In this document: one piece after another, positions 28,001 through 35,308 of the stretch
Position numbering within the stretch: the stretch's first letter is position 1
How the letters are laid out: each line of letters starts with the position of its first letter
Origin: Senegalimassilia sp.
GTDB lineage: Bacteria > Actinomycetota > Coriobacteriia > Coriobacteriales > CADBOM01
Direction: 5' to 3'
DNA: 64,000 bases
Assembly: GCA_963661535.1 (NCBI GenBank)
Contig: CAVLCC010000003.1
Span: 469 to 64,468 of the forward strand
Program-made: the position numbers and the translations under genes
Notes under the pieces: generated by a model
Database searches by the model: none
What the model saw: only the letters and a program-made list of their open reading frames with translations
What the model was told of the DNA's origin: nothing

Positions 28001-29315
28001 TTCCTGTTACGCTATCTGTGATAGTAACTTTTACGCTTTTTCCGTGAGCTGCCTCAGGAAGCGCAATATCATATGTGCCATCCGAGTTGGCTTTGACCTG
28101 CGCATTTGGCAAAACCTCACCATTGTCTGCGTATGTTATAGCAATATCTGTGCATACTTTGCTTGTATTTGCTACAAAAGCTTTGCCATCTTTGCCTGTG
28201 GTTGCACTAGTGGGTGCAAGTGTTTGCTCTTGGAGCAATTGATAAATATCTTTTTGTACAGCTGCGCTTCCGCCTAAAACGTTTGCAGCTTTAATTGTGA
28301 GTTTGTTTTGGCTAAGTGTTTGGAGAACTGATGCATAACTGCTCTCTTGATTGCCAATTAGCATAGCCACACTATTGCGATGACCACAAAGTGCTCCACC
28401 AGATAGAGCATCTGGGAAGTTCTCGCCTGAAGCAATTGCAAGACCCTCGTAGCTCATTCCTTGTTCTATACACCAAGAAACAATCTTTGCTGAAGTATCA
28501 TATCTAGTTTCTCCCGATAGACGAGTAACTTTATCCTCGCCAATCATAGTTTTTAGATAGCTCTCTGTTGTGGCAGAAACAACTCCTTCTCCACCTGCAA
28601 TAATTGCTTGGTCAAATTTGCCATCTCTTATGAGCTTAGAAGTTTCTTCTGTAAGTGAGCCTGAAGCATCTGCCAAAAAGATTGGTGCACCATTGGCATA
28701 AGCATAAGGGCTCATGGACAGTGCATCTGCAAATCCGGTGCCTGAAGCAATGATTGCAGTTTTGGTCTCGGATTTATCCCATGCACCAACTTTGTTGCCC
28801 TGCTCATATATTAGCTCGGATGTCTCAAATCTGTTATCGCCAGATATACGCTCTACAGAATTAACGCCCGAGATATCTCCTATTTGAGACATCGCTGTCT
28901 GAGATACTCCAGCTTCTCCACCAACAACAATCACGTTTGATGCTTTTAGCCTTGTGATTTCTGTAGCCGTTTGTAGGTCTAGAGAATCTGTGCTGGTTAG
29001 AAGTATTGGACATTGATAATATCCAGCTAGAGCTGTAGCAGATAGTGCATCTGGAAAGTTGCCTGCACTCGCTACAATTACAGTGTCTGAACTTTCAAAC
29101 CCAGCGTTAGAGATTGCAGACATCGTATCTATACGGCTACTGCCAGATAACCTGCTCCAATCCACTAACTGAACTTGTCCATCAGGAACCTCAATTAGTT
29201 CTGATGAATCCTGCGCTAGTGCATGCATTGGTGCGACTGCTAAAAGTGTAAGCAGCGTCGCAGCGAATGCAACTAGCAGAAATTTGGGTTTAGTTCGTGA
29301 ATAAGATTTATTCAT
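22017..29315 (-). CDS. giant cell-surface protein (2,432 aa): signal peptide, 3x CWB2 cell-wall-binding repeats, ~16-18 MBG-like ~100-aa modules, one Listeria-Bacteroides repeat, C-terminal DUF6273-like domain
   Basis: Start chosen at ATG 29315 (MNKSYSRTKPKFLLVAFAATLL...ALAQD, RBS aaagga). CWB2 motifs (RLSGSSRIDT...NFPDALSA...PILLT) at about 28227-29159. The repeating module reads Y.YDG....P.V.....DY.V.Y.NN.NAGTA......GNYTG. The C-terminus has WYLRT...GVVPCFAF. I see no LPXTG. Confidence 0.9.
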   Translation of the reverse strand: MNKSYSRTKPKFLLVAFAATLLTLLAVAPMHALAQDSSELIEVPDGQVQLVDWSRLSGSSRIDTMSAISNAGFESSDTVIVASAGNFPDALSATALAGYYQCPILLTSTDSLDLQTATEITRLKASNVIVVGGEAGVSQTAMSQIGDISGVNSVERISGDNRFETSELIYEQGNKVGAWDKSETKTAIIASGTGFADALSMSPYAYANGAPIFLADASGSLTEETSKLIRDGKFDQAIIAGGEGVVSATTESYLKTMIGEDKVTRLSGETRYDTSAKIVSWCIEQGMSYEGLAIASGENFPDALSGGALCGHRNSVAMLIGNQESSYASVLQTLSQNKLTIKAANVLGGSAAVQKDIYQLLQEQTLAPTSATTGKDGKAFVANTSKVCTDIAITYADNGEVLPNAQVKANSDGTYDIALPEAAHGKSVKVTITDSVTGKAVDNLEVTATDSNGSIRSTQTTKDGVVSFVVNEIDFSKATVDTTDKTYNGKAQTTSVAIEGLEENTDYKVTYENNTDAGTAILTVEGIGTRTGSKIYTFKIKPADISQATVTLDDTVLTYNGDSKTQNIKSIVFGGFALEADTDYVVSRDSAVNAGDYELLIAGKGNYTGTVFETWTIKAAVIDYSNVTIDPASATYTGEAIEPKVKGLPEGLVINKDYTIDYVDNINAGNAEVIIAGMGNYDPKVTKEVSFVITAASLADAEIYLDSAEFTYDTTAQAPNAAKVLLNNKVLVEGEDYTVTSDSKTNVGDYKFTIEGAGNYKETASADWSIKSADAVLDDVVLDIPAKGYIYDGEAKEPKVKNMPEGIEYDIAYANNTNAGTATATITCKGNYTGTKAIEFTIAPASIEDAVVTLDAKELTYIKDTEQTKNVTKVTLDTKDLASTDYKVSGNTGTDADDYSLVVEGTGNYTGTVTVDWTINPLEVTDFTGFSLETTNYTYDGEAKEPKVTGPDTYTQGVDYTVVYDNNTNATTETSKAKATVTFDGNYTGSTDLEFEIAPASIKDAELILDSTELVYDGDEKTQKVNKVILDNKVLTADDEYIVAGNTDTEADDYELTVTGNGNYTGSVTADWSIAPAELDFANVALDPDSYTYDGDEKEPTVKNLDDYTPEDDYTVTYANNTNAGTATATIEGQGNYTGTKVLEFTIAPASIEDAVVTLDAKELTYIKDTEQTKNVTKVTLDTKDLASTDYKVSGNTGTDADDYSLVVEGTGNYTGTVTVDWTINPLEVTDFTGFSLETTNYTYDGEAKEPKVTGPDTYTQGVDYTVVYDNNTNATTETSKAKATVTFDGNYTGSTDLEFEIAPASIKDAELILDSTELVYDGDEKTQKVNKVILDNKVLTADDEYIVAGNTDTEADDYELTVTGNGNYTGSVTADWSIAPAELDFANVALDPDSYTYDGDEKEPTVKNLDDYTPEDDYTVTYANNTNAGTATATIEGKGNYTGTKVLEFTIAPASIEDAVVVIEDTENGYITTYSGSEQEVDATVTLGNKALVEDADYTVVSGDKGTDVDTYTYTIEGTGNYTGTTTANWKICPLSIEGGKYELDSETYTYNEQKQTVGVTNVRTADGSKTLEAGDYELSGDTTGTNAGTYKFKIIGVGNYTGTISDIQWVIDPLSIEQATVELDPTELVYDGSEQTQKVNKVILDNKILDATTDYTVTGNKQTNVKVKDSSVEGDTDSYTLTVTGTGNYTDSVTANWNILPKDISGVNLTLNNSSYVYDGDKHLPTATVTDSDIQVEGAGKALVKDDDFTVPSNVTEQSDKGTYTYTIEGKGNYKGSKSEDWTITAQEADLTDLSLEAQAEDNYTYNGEEKEPGVTGFPEGMTKDKDYIVSYTNNVKAGIGIVRVVCIGNYTGDATLTFQIDPKDISGTDTTVELNATDLVYKEEDYKAVEQTNGVKSVTVTGITDSLTSETDYTVDGTSSGKYAGDYELTVTGKGNYTGTKTVKWTIAKADYSDGDLPSNVTATGYVGNTLADVTLTTDKRGWLVWNDKTESLGTNVTTVEKKATFIPYYYDNYNTKEITVEVAVKDKSYTIVYHGNSATSGGTSSGGEYTYTQDVTSALATVTLEANKFAKTEGTTVYTMTGWNTQADGMGTSYSDKASIETTDSLVAGVQDNGTVDLYAQWLNTDVGSYWIAPAMKSTTSSDAPEANASYTSPTEGVVRTQSLIDEDMKVLHYQLDTNSLGQGRDTIASIYQSYSDSDSYHLYTAWKGDDTTEDENKYVEFRIIQVGEHDWDGSVVTFMATHSLPTKKSINLSGVVSDGGWGSSNMRTSVIPDYVAGGLGDLADAAKTITKRTMSGKAGEWVLNSTVKDSIWLMSYSEIYGEDGIIIDETYGQGFAKEGSQYEWFANKVTNSGFGGVNPAISGIDLTRNGSVVSPSNCPQWYLRTFSQYQYDEDIVKASMCGFVTTSGEPSWDDGSYTLGVVPCFAF
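24937..26766. repeat. two near-identical tandem copies of a 915-bp (305-codon, 3-module) unit inside the surface-protein gene
   Basis: The landmark gcatcctcaatgcttgcaggtgcaattgt recurs at 24937, 25852 and 26767 (period 915). The two copies read identically except for a few bases near the unit start (EGKGNY versus EGQGNY). Confidence 0.9.
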
Positions 29316-29517
29316 AAAACCCATCCTTTCTTGCCAAATGCTTATGTTTGGCACCTTACTAATTTGTTGTGCGTTGTATGCTTGTTTGTTCTTTTGGTAT
29401 GCATACAAGCGCATGCGCACAAACCTCCGACTAGAGTCTTGAAAACCTCCAAATTTGAATGTTTTCAATACTCCACCCCATAGCATAACACACTTTAGAT
29501 GATTACACAATGATACG

Positions 29518-29525
29518 CCCCCCCC
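29518..29525. repeat. C8/G8 homopolymer ~200 bp upstream of the surface-protein start
   Basis: gccccccccgc. It is the only G/C run of this length that I found in the window. Confidence 0.8.
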
Positions 29526-29758
29526 GCAAATTTATAGTGTCGGTTAGCGGTCGGAAATGTTTTATTATTGGAAAATTTTTGTTGATTAGAACTTTTTATT
29601 GTTTGAAAGTCGCATGTGGATTTGCTTGGGGTGTACCGCCTCCTCTTGTTGATTTATGTGATAAAAGCTAGTGCTATTTTGCATAAAAGCTAATAACATT
29701 TTTTAAAGAAGCTGTTTGGATATATGCATGTTATGTAGAAAAGTCAGTCGTAAACGTA

Positions 29759-30811
29759 TCAAATTACGCTAATTTCTTGCAGCTGTTCTACAGCTTCAAT
29801 CAAATATCCATAAGCAATTGGATCTGCAATACGCAGATAAGAAAAACGTTTTACTTTTTCAATCCCTAAAATCCTTCCAGAATATTCTTCTGCATCATCT
29901 ATTTTTTTAACAGTTTGTTGATCTGTCAGTATAGAAGTAGCCAGATACAACACCTTACTCGCATATATACCAGCAACCTCACCGCCGAATTTCCCTCCAA
30001 GAATATGATTTCTAATTCTTAAAATTCCATCTTTGTAAAAAGGATAATCTCCCTGCGGATTTCCTCTGCTAACGATACAAAAAGCGCCTCTGATTGTATC
30101 CATCAACACATCATCTGGAATAAGCACAAGTCCTCGATAATTCATTTCTGAGCTAACAATGCGCTTATAGGATGTTTTAACTTCCGCAAAATCTGTCATT
30201 GCATCAAAAAGCGACCCGCAATCAAAGAGCTGTTTGATGATTTCCAATTCTTTGTTTACGCCAAATGGAACCCCTGTTGTATGCGGCGCAAAAGCTGTAA
30301 GCTTATCTCCAAGAATACTATTTACATTTGGAATTTTAACTTGAAGATTTTCTCCCTCTGTTAACAGGAGCTCATTATTAATTGCCTTTTCTACAATACT
30401 TGAATACTGAACCTCTTCAAAAAGCACGTCTAATAATATTGTCAGATCACGACTACTGATTGGTGATTTGTACTTGAATTTAAAGTGTCGCTTTTGAATA
30501 TTATTTTTGCCAACACGAACGTGTTCTTCAACACTGATAAACGGAAATACCTCTCCAGCTTTACGAATATACGTATCAATGTCTGTGGTAGGTTCAACAA
30601 TAATGTCAATATCCGTGCTAAGTCTTCTCGGATGATCTAACAGCAGCATAAGCGCAGTCCCTCCCTTGAAGCAAAATGGAAGTTCAACTCTTCTAATTGC
30701 TTCTAAAAGACCGAACGCATAAATAACACGCTCTAGCAATGCTGGATCGTTCCCTGTTCTTTTTTGAAGATCACGTATGTATTCCTCTGTATACATTTGT
30801 CTTGAAAGCAT
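29759..30811 (-). CDS. abiEii: nucleotidyltransferase AbiEii/AbiGii toxin family protein (type IV TA / abortive infection)
   Basis: 350 aa with the family motif FKGGTALMLLL...RLSTDIDIIV. RBS aagggga. Starts 11 nt after the upstream partner gene. Confidence 0.8.
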   Translation of the reverse strand: MLSRQMYTEEYIRDLQKRTGNDPALLERVIYAFGLLEAIRRVELPFCFKGGTALMLLLDHPRRLSTDIDIIVEPTTDIDTYIRKAGEVFPFISVEEHVRVGKNNIQKRHFKFKYKSPISSRDLTILLDVLFEEVQYSSIVEKAINNELLLTEGENLQVKIPNVNSILGDKLTAFAPHTTGVPFGVNKELEIIKQLFDCGSLFDAMTDFAEVKTSYKRIVSSEMNYRGLVLIPDDVLMDTIRGAFCIVSRGNPQGDYPFYKDGILRIRNHILGGKFGGEVAGIYASKVLYLATSILTDQQTVKKIDDAEEYSGRILGIEKVKRFSYLRIADPIAYGYLIEAVEQLQEISVI

Positions 30812-30822
30812 ATTTAATCCCC

Positions 30823-31536
30823 TTAACTTTCTTGCATATATTTTTTGACTTGTGTCGTCTTCCCCCTCCGACCTGCATATCGATTTAACCTGCGACTGTC
30901 CACTTGATAGCTATTCATAACATCTCTAAAGATAGATGAAAGCTCTGATAGACTAAATGTAGCAGCAATGCTTTTTTCGGCGATAATATCGACAAGAAGT
31001 TTTTCAACTGTTATTTCGTGTGGTAAATCTACAGAGAGGGGTGCCTGGCTAATTAAATCTAATACTACAATACAGTTTTTTATCCAATAACGATTGAACT
31101 CTTCTTTGCTAGGCTTATATAGCACACCTCCATTGTACTCTTCTTGTAGGATATCAAAAACATAAGAGCTTAAATCTTTCTCTACTTGAACATATATGGT
31201 GTTCTGAGCAATCTGGTGATTAAGAAACTCATTTAGAAGCACACTTTCAAATGTTACAAAATCTAGTTTAGGCAAACGCTTTTTAAGGAGGTTCATTACC
31301 TCGCGTGCATGCTTGGAATATATTGGTTTATAAGCAGGGAGAGTCTTGATTTTTTTGATGGAGTACTCGTTGTAGCCTGTCTTATAGATTCTCTCTTTTT
31401 GCTGCATATTGTATAGTGTCCATCGAAACGCGCTATCTGTTAGATCAGGCTTTACTTGAAAGAATGCTTGAAAAAGATCATTTCTATGGTATTTGTTTTT
31501 ATCTGAAAGTTTTAATAAAGCTTGGTCTGTCCACAT
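30823..31536 (-). CDS. abiEi: AbiEi-like antitoxin / winged-helix transcriptional regulator partner of AbiEii
   Basis: The position immediately upstream of abiEii, the size (~237 aa) and an N-terminal wHTH-like region support the call. AGGAG (31550->31546) directly abuts the track ATG at 31545, so the ATG at 31536 (9-nt spacing) is more likely. Confidence 0.6.
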   Translation of the reverse strand: MWTDQALLKLSDKNKYHRNDLFQAFFQVKPDLTDSAFRWTLYNMQQKERIYKTGYNEYSIKKIKTLPAYKPIYSKHAREVMNLLKKRLPKLDFVTFESVLLNEFLNHQIAQNTIYVQVEKDLSSYVFDILQEEYNGGVLYKPSKEEFNRYWIKNCIVVLDLISQAPLSVDLPHEITVEKLLVDIIAEKSIAATFSLSELSSIFRDVMNSYQVDSRRLNRYAGRRGKTTQVKKYMQES

Positions 31537-31560
31537 TCGATTCATCTCCTATAGCGTTGC

Positions 31561-31583
31561 GTCAATTTTGTGTAAATATTGAC
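31561..31583. promoter_or_regulatory. 23-bp inverted repeat, proximal putative AbiEi operator
   Basis: gtcaattttgtgtaaatattgac (arms gtcaat/attgac), lying between the putative promoter and the abiEi RBS. Confidence 0.55.
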
Positions 31584-31628
31584 GGTGTGCTTATGATAGC
31601 AGTTTTCTATACTTGTGGCAAGCGTTAT

Positions 31629-31651
31629 GTCAATTTTGTTTTAATATTGAC
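31629..31651. promoter_or_regulatory. 23-bp inverted repeat, distal putative AbiEi operator overlapping a -35-like TTGACA
   Basis: gtcaattttgttttaatattgac, 68 bp from the first copy. The outer flanks agcgttgcgtcaat / attgacgcaacgct are also mutually complementary. Confidence 0.55.
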
Positions 31652-31831
31652 GCAACGCTAGGGAGCATCAATTGCAAATTTTATTTGTTGTGGGATAAAT
31701 AAAAATATGTCATAACGTTTAACTGGCTACATATGAAAATATGCTGTGATTGTTGGAAGATAACAGGGGTATTACTCAATCAAAATATGTGTGCCACTAT
31801 CTACATAATGTATGGCTTACGCCACAAAAAC

Positions 31832-32863
31832 TCAGTACGATGACTTTTGATTGATCTCGCTATAAATTGAAAGATAAGAGGCAAGTCTGCGCTCAGACAA
31901 TGCACCTGATGTAACCGCCTTGCTTACAGCGCACTCAGGTTCTTTTGTGTGGCTACAATCTCTAAACTTGCACTGCGAAGACAACTCCACAATATCTGGA
32001 AACGCCATCTCAACGCCCATAAGTGAACCTGTTAGCAAAAATGAACGCAAGCCGGGTGAATCGATTAAAAGACCCCCGTTTGGCAATGCAACCATTGTGC
32101 GTGCAATGGTTGTGTGCCTGCCTCTGTTGTCTTTGCTACGAACTTCTCCTGTGCGTGCAATGCTATCTCCTAATATTGCATTTATGAGACTCGACTTGCC
32201 AACGCCAGACTTGCCCAAAAGCACAGCAAGCTTGCCTTTTGGAATTTGTGAGACAAGATTGCCAATCCCCTCACCTGTTGTAGCCGACTCAAAAATAACT
32301 GGAACCTCGCAAGCACTTTTAGCAACAATACTCAGAATGGCTGCTTTGCGGCTATTATCAATATCGTCTGCCTTGCTAAGCACAATAACTGGCACCGCCC
32401 CGCTTTGATATGACATCACGAGTTGTCGTTCTAGATGATCGAGCTCATCCATTGCCTGCGCTGCTGGAACCACAATAAAAACAATATCAATATTTGCGGC
32501 CAGCACCTGTTTTTGATCGTGACGCTTTTTGCTAGGTCTTTCTAACTTATTTTTTCTGGGCAAGATGGCAGATATAACTGCATTTTGGTGATCGGCAGGA
32601 AAGTTTGCAACAACCCAATCGCCTATTGCTGCAAGGCTGTTTTTGCCTTTAATGAGCTTTGTAGAATGTTCAGCTCTATAGAGCCCATCTTCAACACAAA
32701 CAAGCGGCAGACTTCTGTCGAGCTGAACCACTCTACCCAGTGTATGTTTGCAGTTTGTGGCAGGTAGCTTTTTGACCTCGTGCAAGTATTCGTCTTTAAT
32801 TTGGGGAGTCAAACAAAAAGAATCAAAATTTGGAATATAGCTTGATATTTGCATATCTGTCAT
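31832..32863 (-). CDS. rsgA: ribosome small-subunit-dependent GTPase A
   Basis: Circularly permuted GTPase: SKAD, GKSGVGKSSLINAI, RGRHTT, and the C-terminal zinc knuckle CKFRDCSHTKEPECAV. Confidence 0.9.
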   Translation of the reverse strand: MTDMQISSYIPNFDSFCLTPQIKDEYLHEVKKLPATNCKHTLGRVVQLDRSLPLVCVEDGLYRAEHSTKLIKGKNSLAAIGDWVVANFPADHQNAVISAILPRKNKLERPSKKRHDQKQVLAANIDIVFIVVPAAQAMDELDHLERQLVMSYQSGAVPVIVLSKADDIDNSRKAAILSIVAKSACEVPVIFESATTGEGIGNLVSQIPKGKLAVLLGKSGVGKSSLINAILGDSIARTGEVRSKDNRGRHTTIARTMVALPNGGLLIDSPGLRSFLLTGSLMGVEMAFPDIVELSSQCKFRDCSHTKEPECAVSKAVTSGALSERRLASYLSIYSEINQKSSY

Positions 32864-32879
32864 AAGTCTACCTTAGAGT

Positions 32880-33563
32880 CTACCTCAGACGTTCCGAGAG
32901 TCTCCAATAAATAATTCCTAGCAAAACGCCTAAGCCAGCAATTCCTAGGGCAATGTATAGTTTAAGTGTGTCTATCTCATGAACTGTAGCTGAACCCCCT
33001 GTAATTATTTCAACAGAATTGGCGTGGATATCTATGTCGCCTACATGCTCTTCGCAATCTACATGGAAGGTTCCAATAACAGCTATTATGTCGCCAATTT
33101 CGCCATATCTTCCAAAATGCTGGATTTGGTTAGCGTCGTGCTCGTTCATATACACGCTTATAGCCGAGCCATCTTGGGATACCGTAACCCACTGATGTGT
33201 ATCGTCAGCGATGGTTGCCTCCCCTACGACCTCTCCATTTATGGTAACAATTTTGTTGTCCATGCCCTCATCTACGTTGAGGAGGTCTGCTATTGCGTCG
33301 CGTCCCTCTTGGTCGTAGTTATATTGACGGTTGCCTGCTTGTGTTGAGCTAACGCCTTCTATACCAAGAGTATCTGCTTTGTTTTGCGTGGTTTCTACAC
33401 TATCGTCTGCATAACATGCCCCACTGGGTATGGCGAATAGTGCCGAAGCGATAGCTAGCACAAAAACAGCAATGCATACTGCAACTGCACGACCGCAAGC
33501 GCGAGCGCGGGGGTGAGCGCCAAGGCGGTTTAAACGAGTTATGTCCACTGGCTTTTTTTTCAC
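32880..33563 (-). CDS. hypothetical membrane-anchored protein (N- and C-terminal TM helices, central beta-rich domain)
   Basis: 227 aa. The GTG start overlaps the trkH stop (GTGA). No family motif recognised. Confidence 0.55.
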   Translation of the reverse strand: MKKKPVDITRLNRLGAHPRARACGRAVAVCIAVFVLAIASALFAIPSGACYADDSVETTQNKADTLGIEGVSSTQAGNRQYNYDQEGRDAIADLLNVDEGMDNKIVTINGEVVGEATIADDTHQWVTVSQDGSAISVYMNEHDANQIQHFGRYGEIGDIIAVIGTFHVDCEEHVGDIDIHANSVEIITGGSATVHEIDTLKLYIALGIAGLGVLLGIIYWRLSERLR

Positions 33564-35083
33564 TGTTTTGAGCTCCTACCCACGGGTCGAAGTGAAGCCA
33601 CAAGTGCTGCTATTGTTGCCAAAACAGACAAAAATTCTAGACGACCAAGCCACATTTGTATAAAGTAGGTGATCTTTAGTGCTAATGGAGCGGTATATGA
33701 CGCTATGCCCATCGTTAACCCGTTATTTGAAGTTGCAGATATAGATTCAAATAGAGCTTGATCTCCACGATATCCACATGCAACTCCCACAAACATGCCT
33801 ACAATAAACGAAGCAATATATAAGACTAAAATTACCGCAGCCACACGCACAGCACTTTGTTCAAGCGTTTTTTTGCCAAGATTTTCGTAGGTTGTTACCA
33901 TCTTGGTAGAATCTGGGGAGAGCACCTGCTTAATCTGCATAACCAAATCTTTTGCAAGCACGCCTAACCTAATGACCTTCATACCACCTGCCATCGACTC
34001 CGACATTCCCCCTACAGCCATAGCGCAAGCAAGCATCATAAAAGCACCCATAGAAACAAGGTTTCCAAGTTGTGCAGATGTAAGAGCAGAAAAACCACAA
34101 CTCGTAGAAGCCGAAACTAATGTAAAGACCCCCTTTCGCAAAAGAGTGTCTAGATCTATAAAATGGTTTCCCACGAGAAGCATAGTTATAAATCCAGCCA
34201 AAATAGCCAAGGTCCACACAGCATAAACCCTTAGCTCGTAGTTTTTAAAGAAGTCTAACAAGCGTCCCTTAAATGCTCTAATAAAGAGCGCCAAACTAAT
34301 TGAGCCAATGAGCATAACCACTATAAGCAATATCTCAAAAACCCAACTGTGATAATAAGTCACCCCTACGGAATTAACTGTAAATCCGCCGGTAACATAA
34401 GCTGCAATCATAGTTCCAATTCCATGAAACATTGCCATTTTTGGTGAAAAGCCTTTTATGACCAAGATGATTGCAGCAATTATTCCTCCAATTAAAACAA
34501 CAGCAATAGAAAACCCGCCAATAAATCTAACTGTCTGCTTAATTTCTGGCATTACATGGTCGTGGCGACCCTCTGCATAATATAGAGATGCCCTGCTGCC
34601 ACTGCGCACAAATGCACCTATAGAAAGTGCGACCACAACAATTCCCTGGCCGCCTATAAACATGAGAATAAATCTCCACATAATATCTGATAGGGACATA
34701 TGTTCTATGTCTACACACATCGAAAATCCTGTTGTTGTAAAGCTAGACATTCCTTCAAAAACGCTGTCGAAATATGTTGCATAATGTCCAGAAAGATAAA
34801 GCGGTATTGCAGCGAAGAGCGAACATACGAGCCATGCGATTGAGGTGATAACCACTGCTTGGCGACGCTTGAGGTTTGCAATGTTAATTTTTAGCATACA
34901 CATCAAAAAGCCCGCCGAAAATGAGGCACCAATTCCGATAATGTAGTTAACTGCAATTACAGTATTGTTTTGTGCCAAAGCAATTCCTAGAGGGATTAAC
35001 ATGGCAACACCGGTAAAGACTACAAGATAACCCAGATAATGAAATATTATTCGGAAGTCTTCTGCTTTTAATCTAGGCCACAT
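33560..35083 (-). CDS. trkH: TrkH/KtrB-family potassium uptake membrane protein
   Basis: 507-aa polytopic protein with repeated pore-loop signatures (TTTGFS, GGQG, TGGFT, NNGLT). Confidence 0.85.
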   Translation of the reverse strand: MWPRLKAEDFRIIFHYLGYLVVFTGVAMLIPLGIALAQNNTVIAVNYIIGIGASFSAGFLMCMLKINIANLKRRQAVVITSIAWLVCSLFAAIPLYLSGHYATYFDSVFEGMSSFTTTGFSMCVDIEHMSLSDIMWRFILMFIGGQGIVVVALSIGAFVRSGSRASLYYAEGRHDHVMPEIKQTVRFIGGFSIAVVLIGGIIAAIILVIKGFSPKMAMFHGIGTMIAAYVTGGFTVNSVGVTYYHSWVFEILLIVVMLIGSISLALFIRAFKGRLLDFFKNYELRVYAVWTLAILAGFITMLLVGNHFIDLDTLLRKGVFTLVSASTSCGFSALTSAQLGNLVSMGAFMMLACAMAVGGMSESMAGGMKVIRLGVLAKDLVMQIKQVLSPDSTKMVTTYENLGKKTLEQSAVRVAAVILVLYIASFIVGMFVGVACGYRGDQALFESISATSNNGLTMGIASYTAPLALKITYFIQMWLGRLEFLSVLATIAALVASLRPVGRSSKQ

Positions 35084-35087
35084 ATCT

Positions 35088-35225
35088 CTATCCCAAAAAT
35101 GCCTTTAGCGCATATGTTAAGCCATACATAATTCCCAAAAAGCCCATCAAGGATGCCATAACGGTAAAAATTCCCCTTGCAAAATCTCTTGCTTTATTAC
35201 GCCCTGTATTATTTCTAACTTCCAT
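35088..35225 (-). CDS. possible 45-aa single-TM small protein just upstream of trkH
   Basis: MEVRNNTGRNKARDFARGIFTVMASLMGFLGIMYGLTYALKAFLG*. Its stop lies 4 nt before the trkH ATG. The RBS is weak and the ORF is below the track threshold. Confidence 0.25.
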   Translation of the reverse strand: MEVRNNTGRNKARDFARGIFTVMASLMGFLGIMYGLTYALKAFLG

Positions 35226-35308
35226 TTTGTATGTCCTATTTTTAAGGTCTTCCTGTTAGTTTTGCAAGTTTTTGGCTTTGCTCTTTAGAAGTCCTCAAAC
35301 ATCTCCCC

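Noticed and set aside
29316-29510. A 65-codon N-terminal extension of the giant ORF in the track (start at 29510, MCNHLKCV...).
   Set aside because: The extension has no signal-peptide character. A good RBS plus ATG at 29315 starts a textbook signal peptide (MNKSYSRTKPKFLLVAFAATLLTLLAVAPMHALA). The upstream open frame is probably fortuitous.
33553-33560. An A8 run (minus strand) in codons 2-4 of the 227-aa membrane-protein gene, as a possible slippage switch.
   Set aside because: A/T homopolymers of this length are common in this AT-biased sequence, and Lys-rich N-termini are normal for membrane-anchored proteins. There is no supporting evidence.
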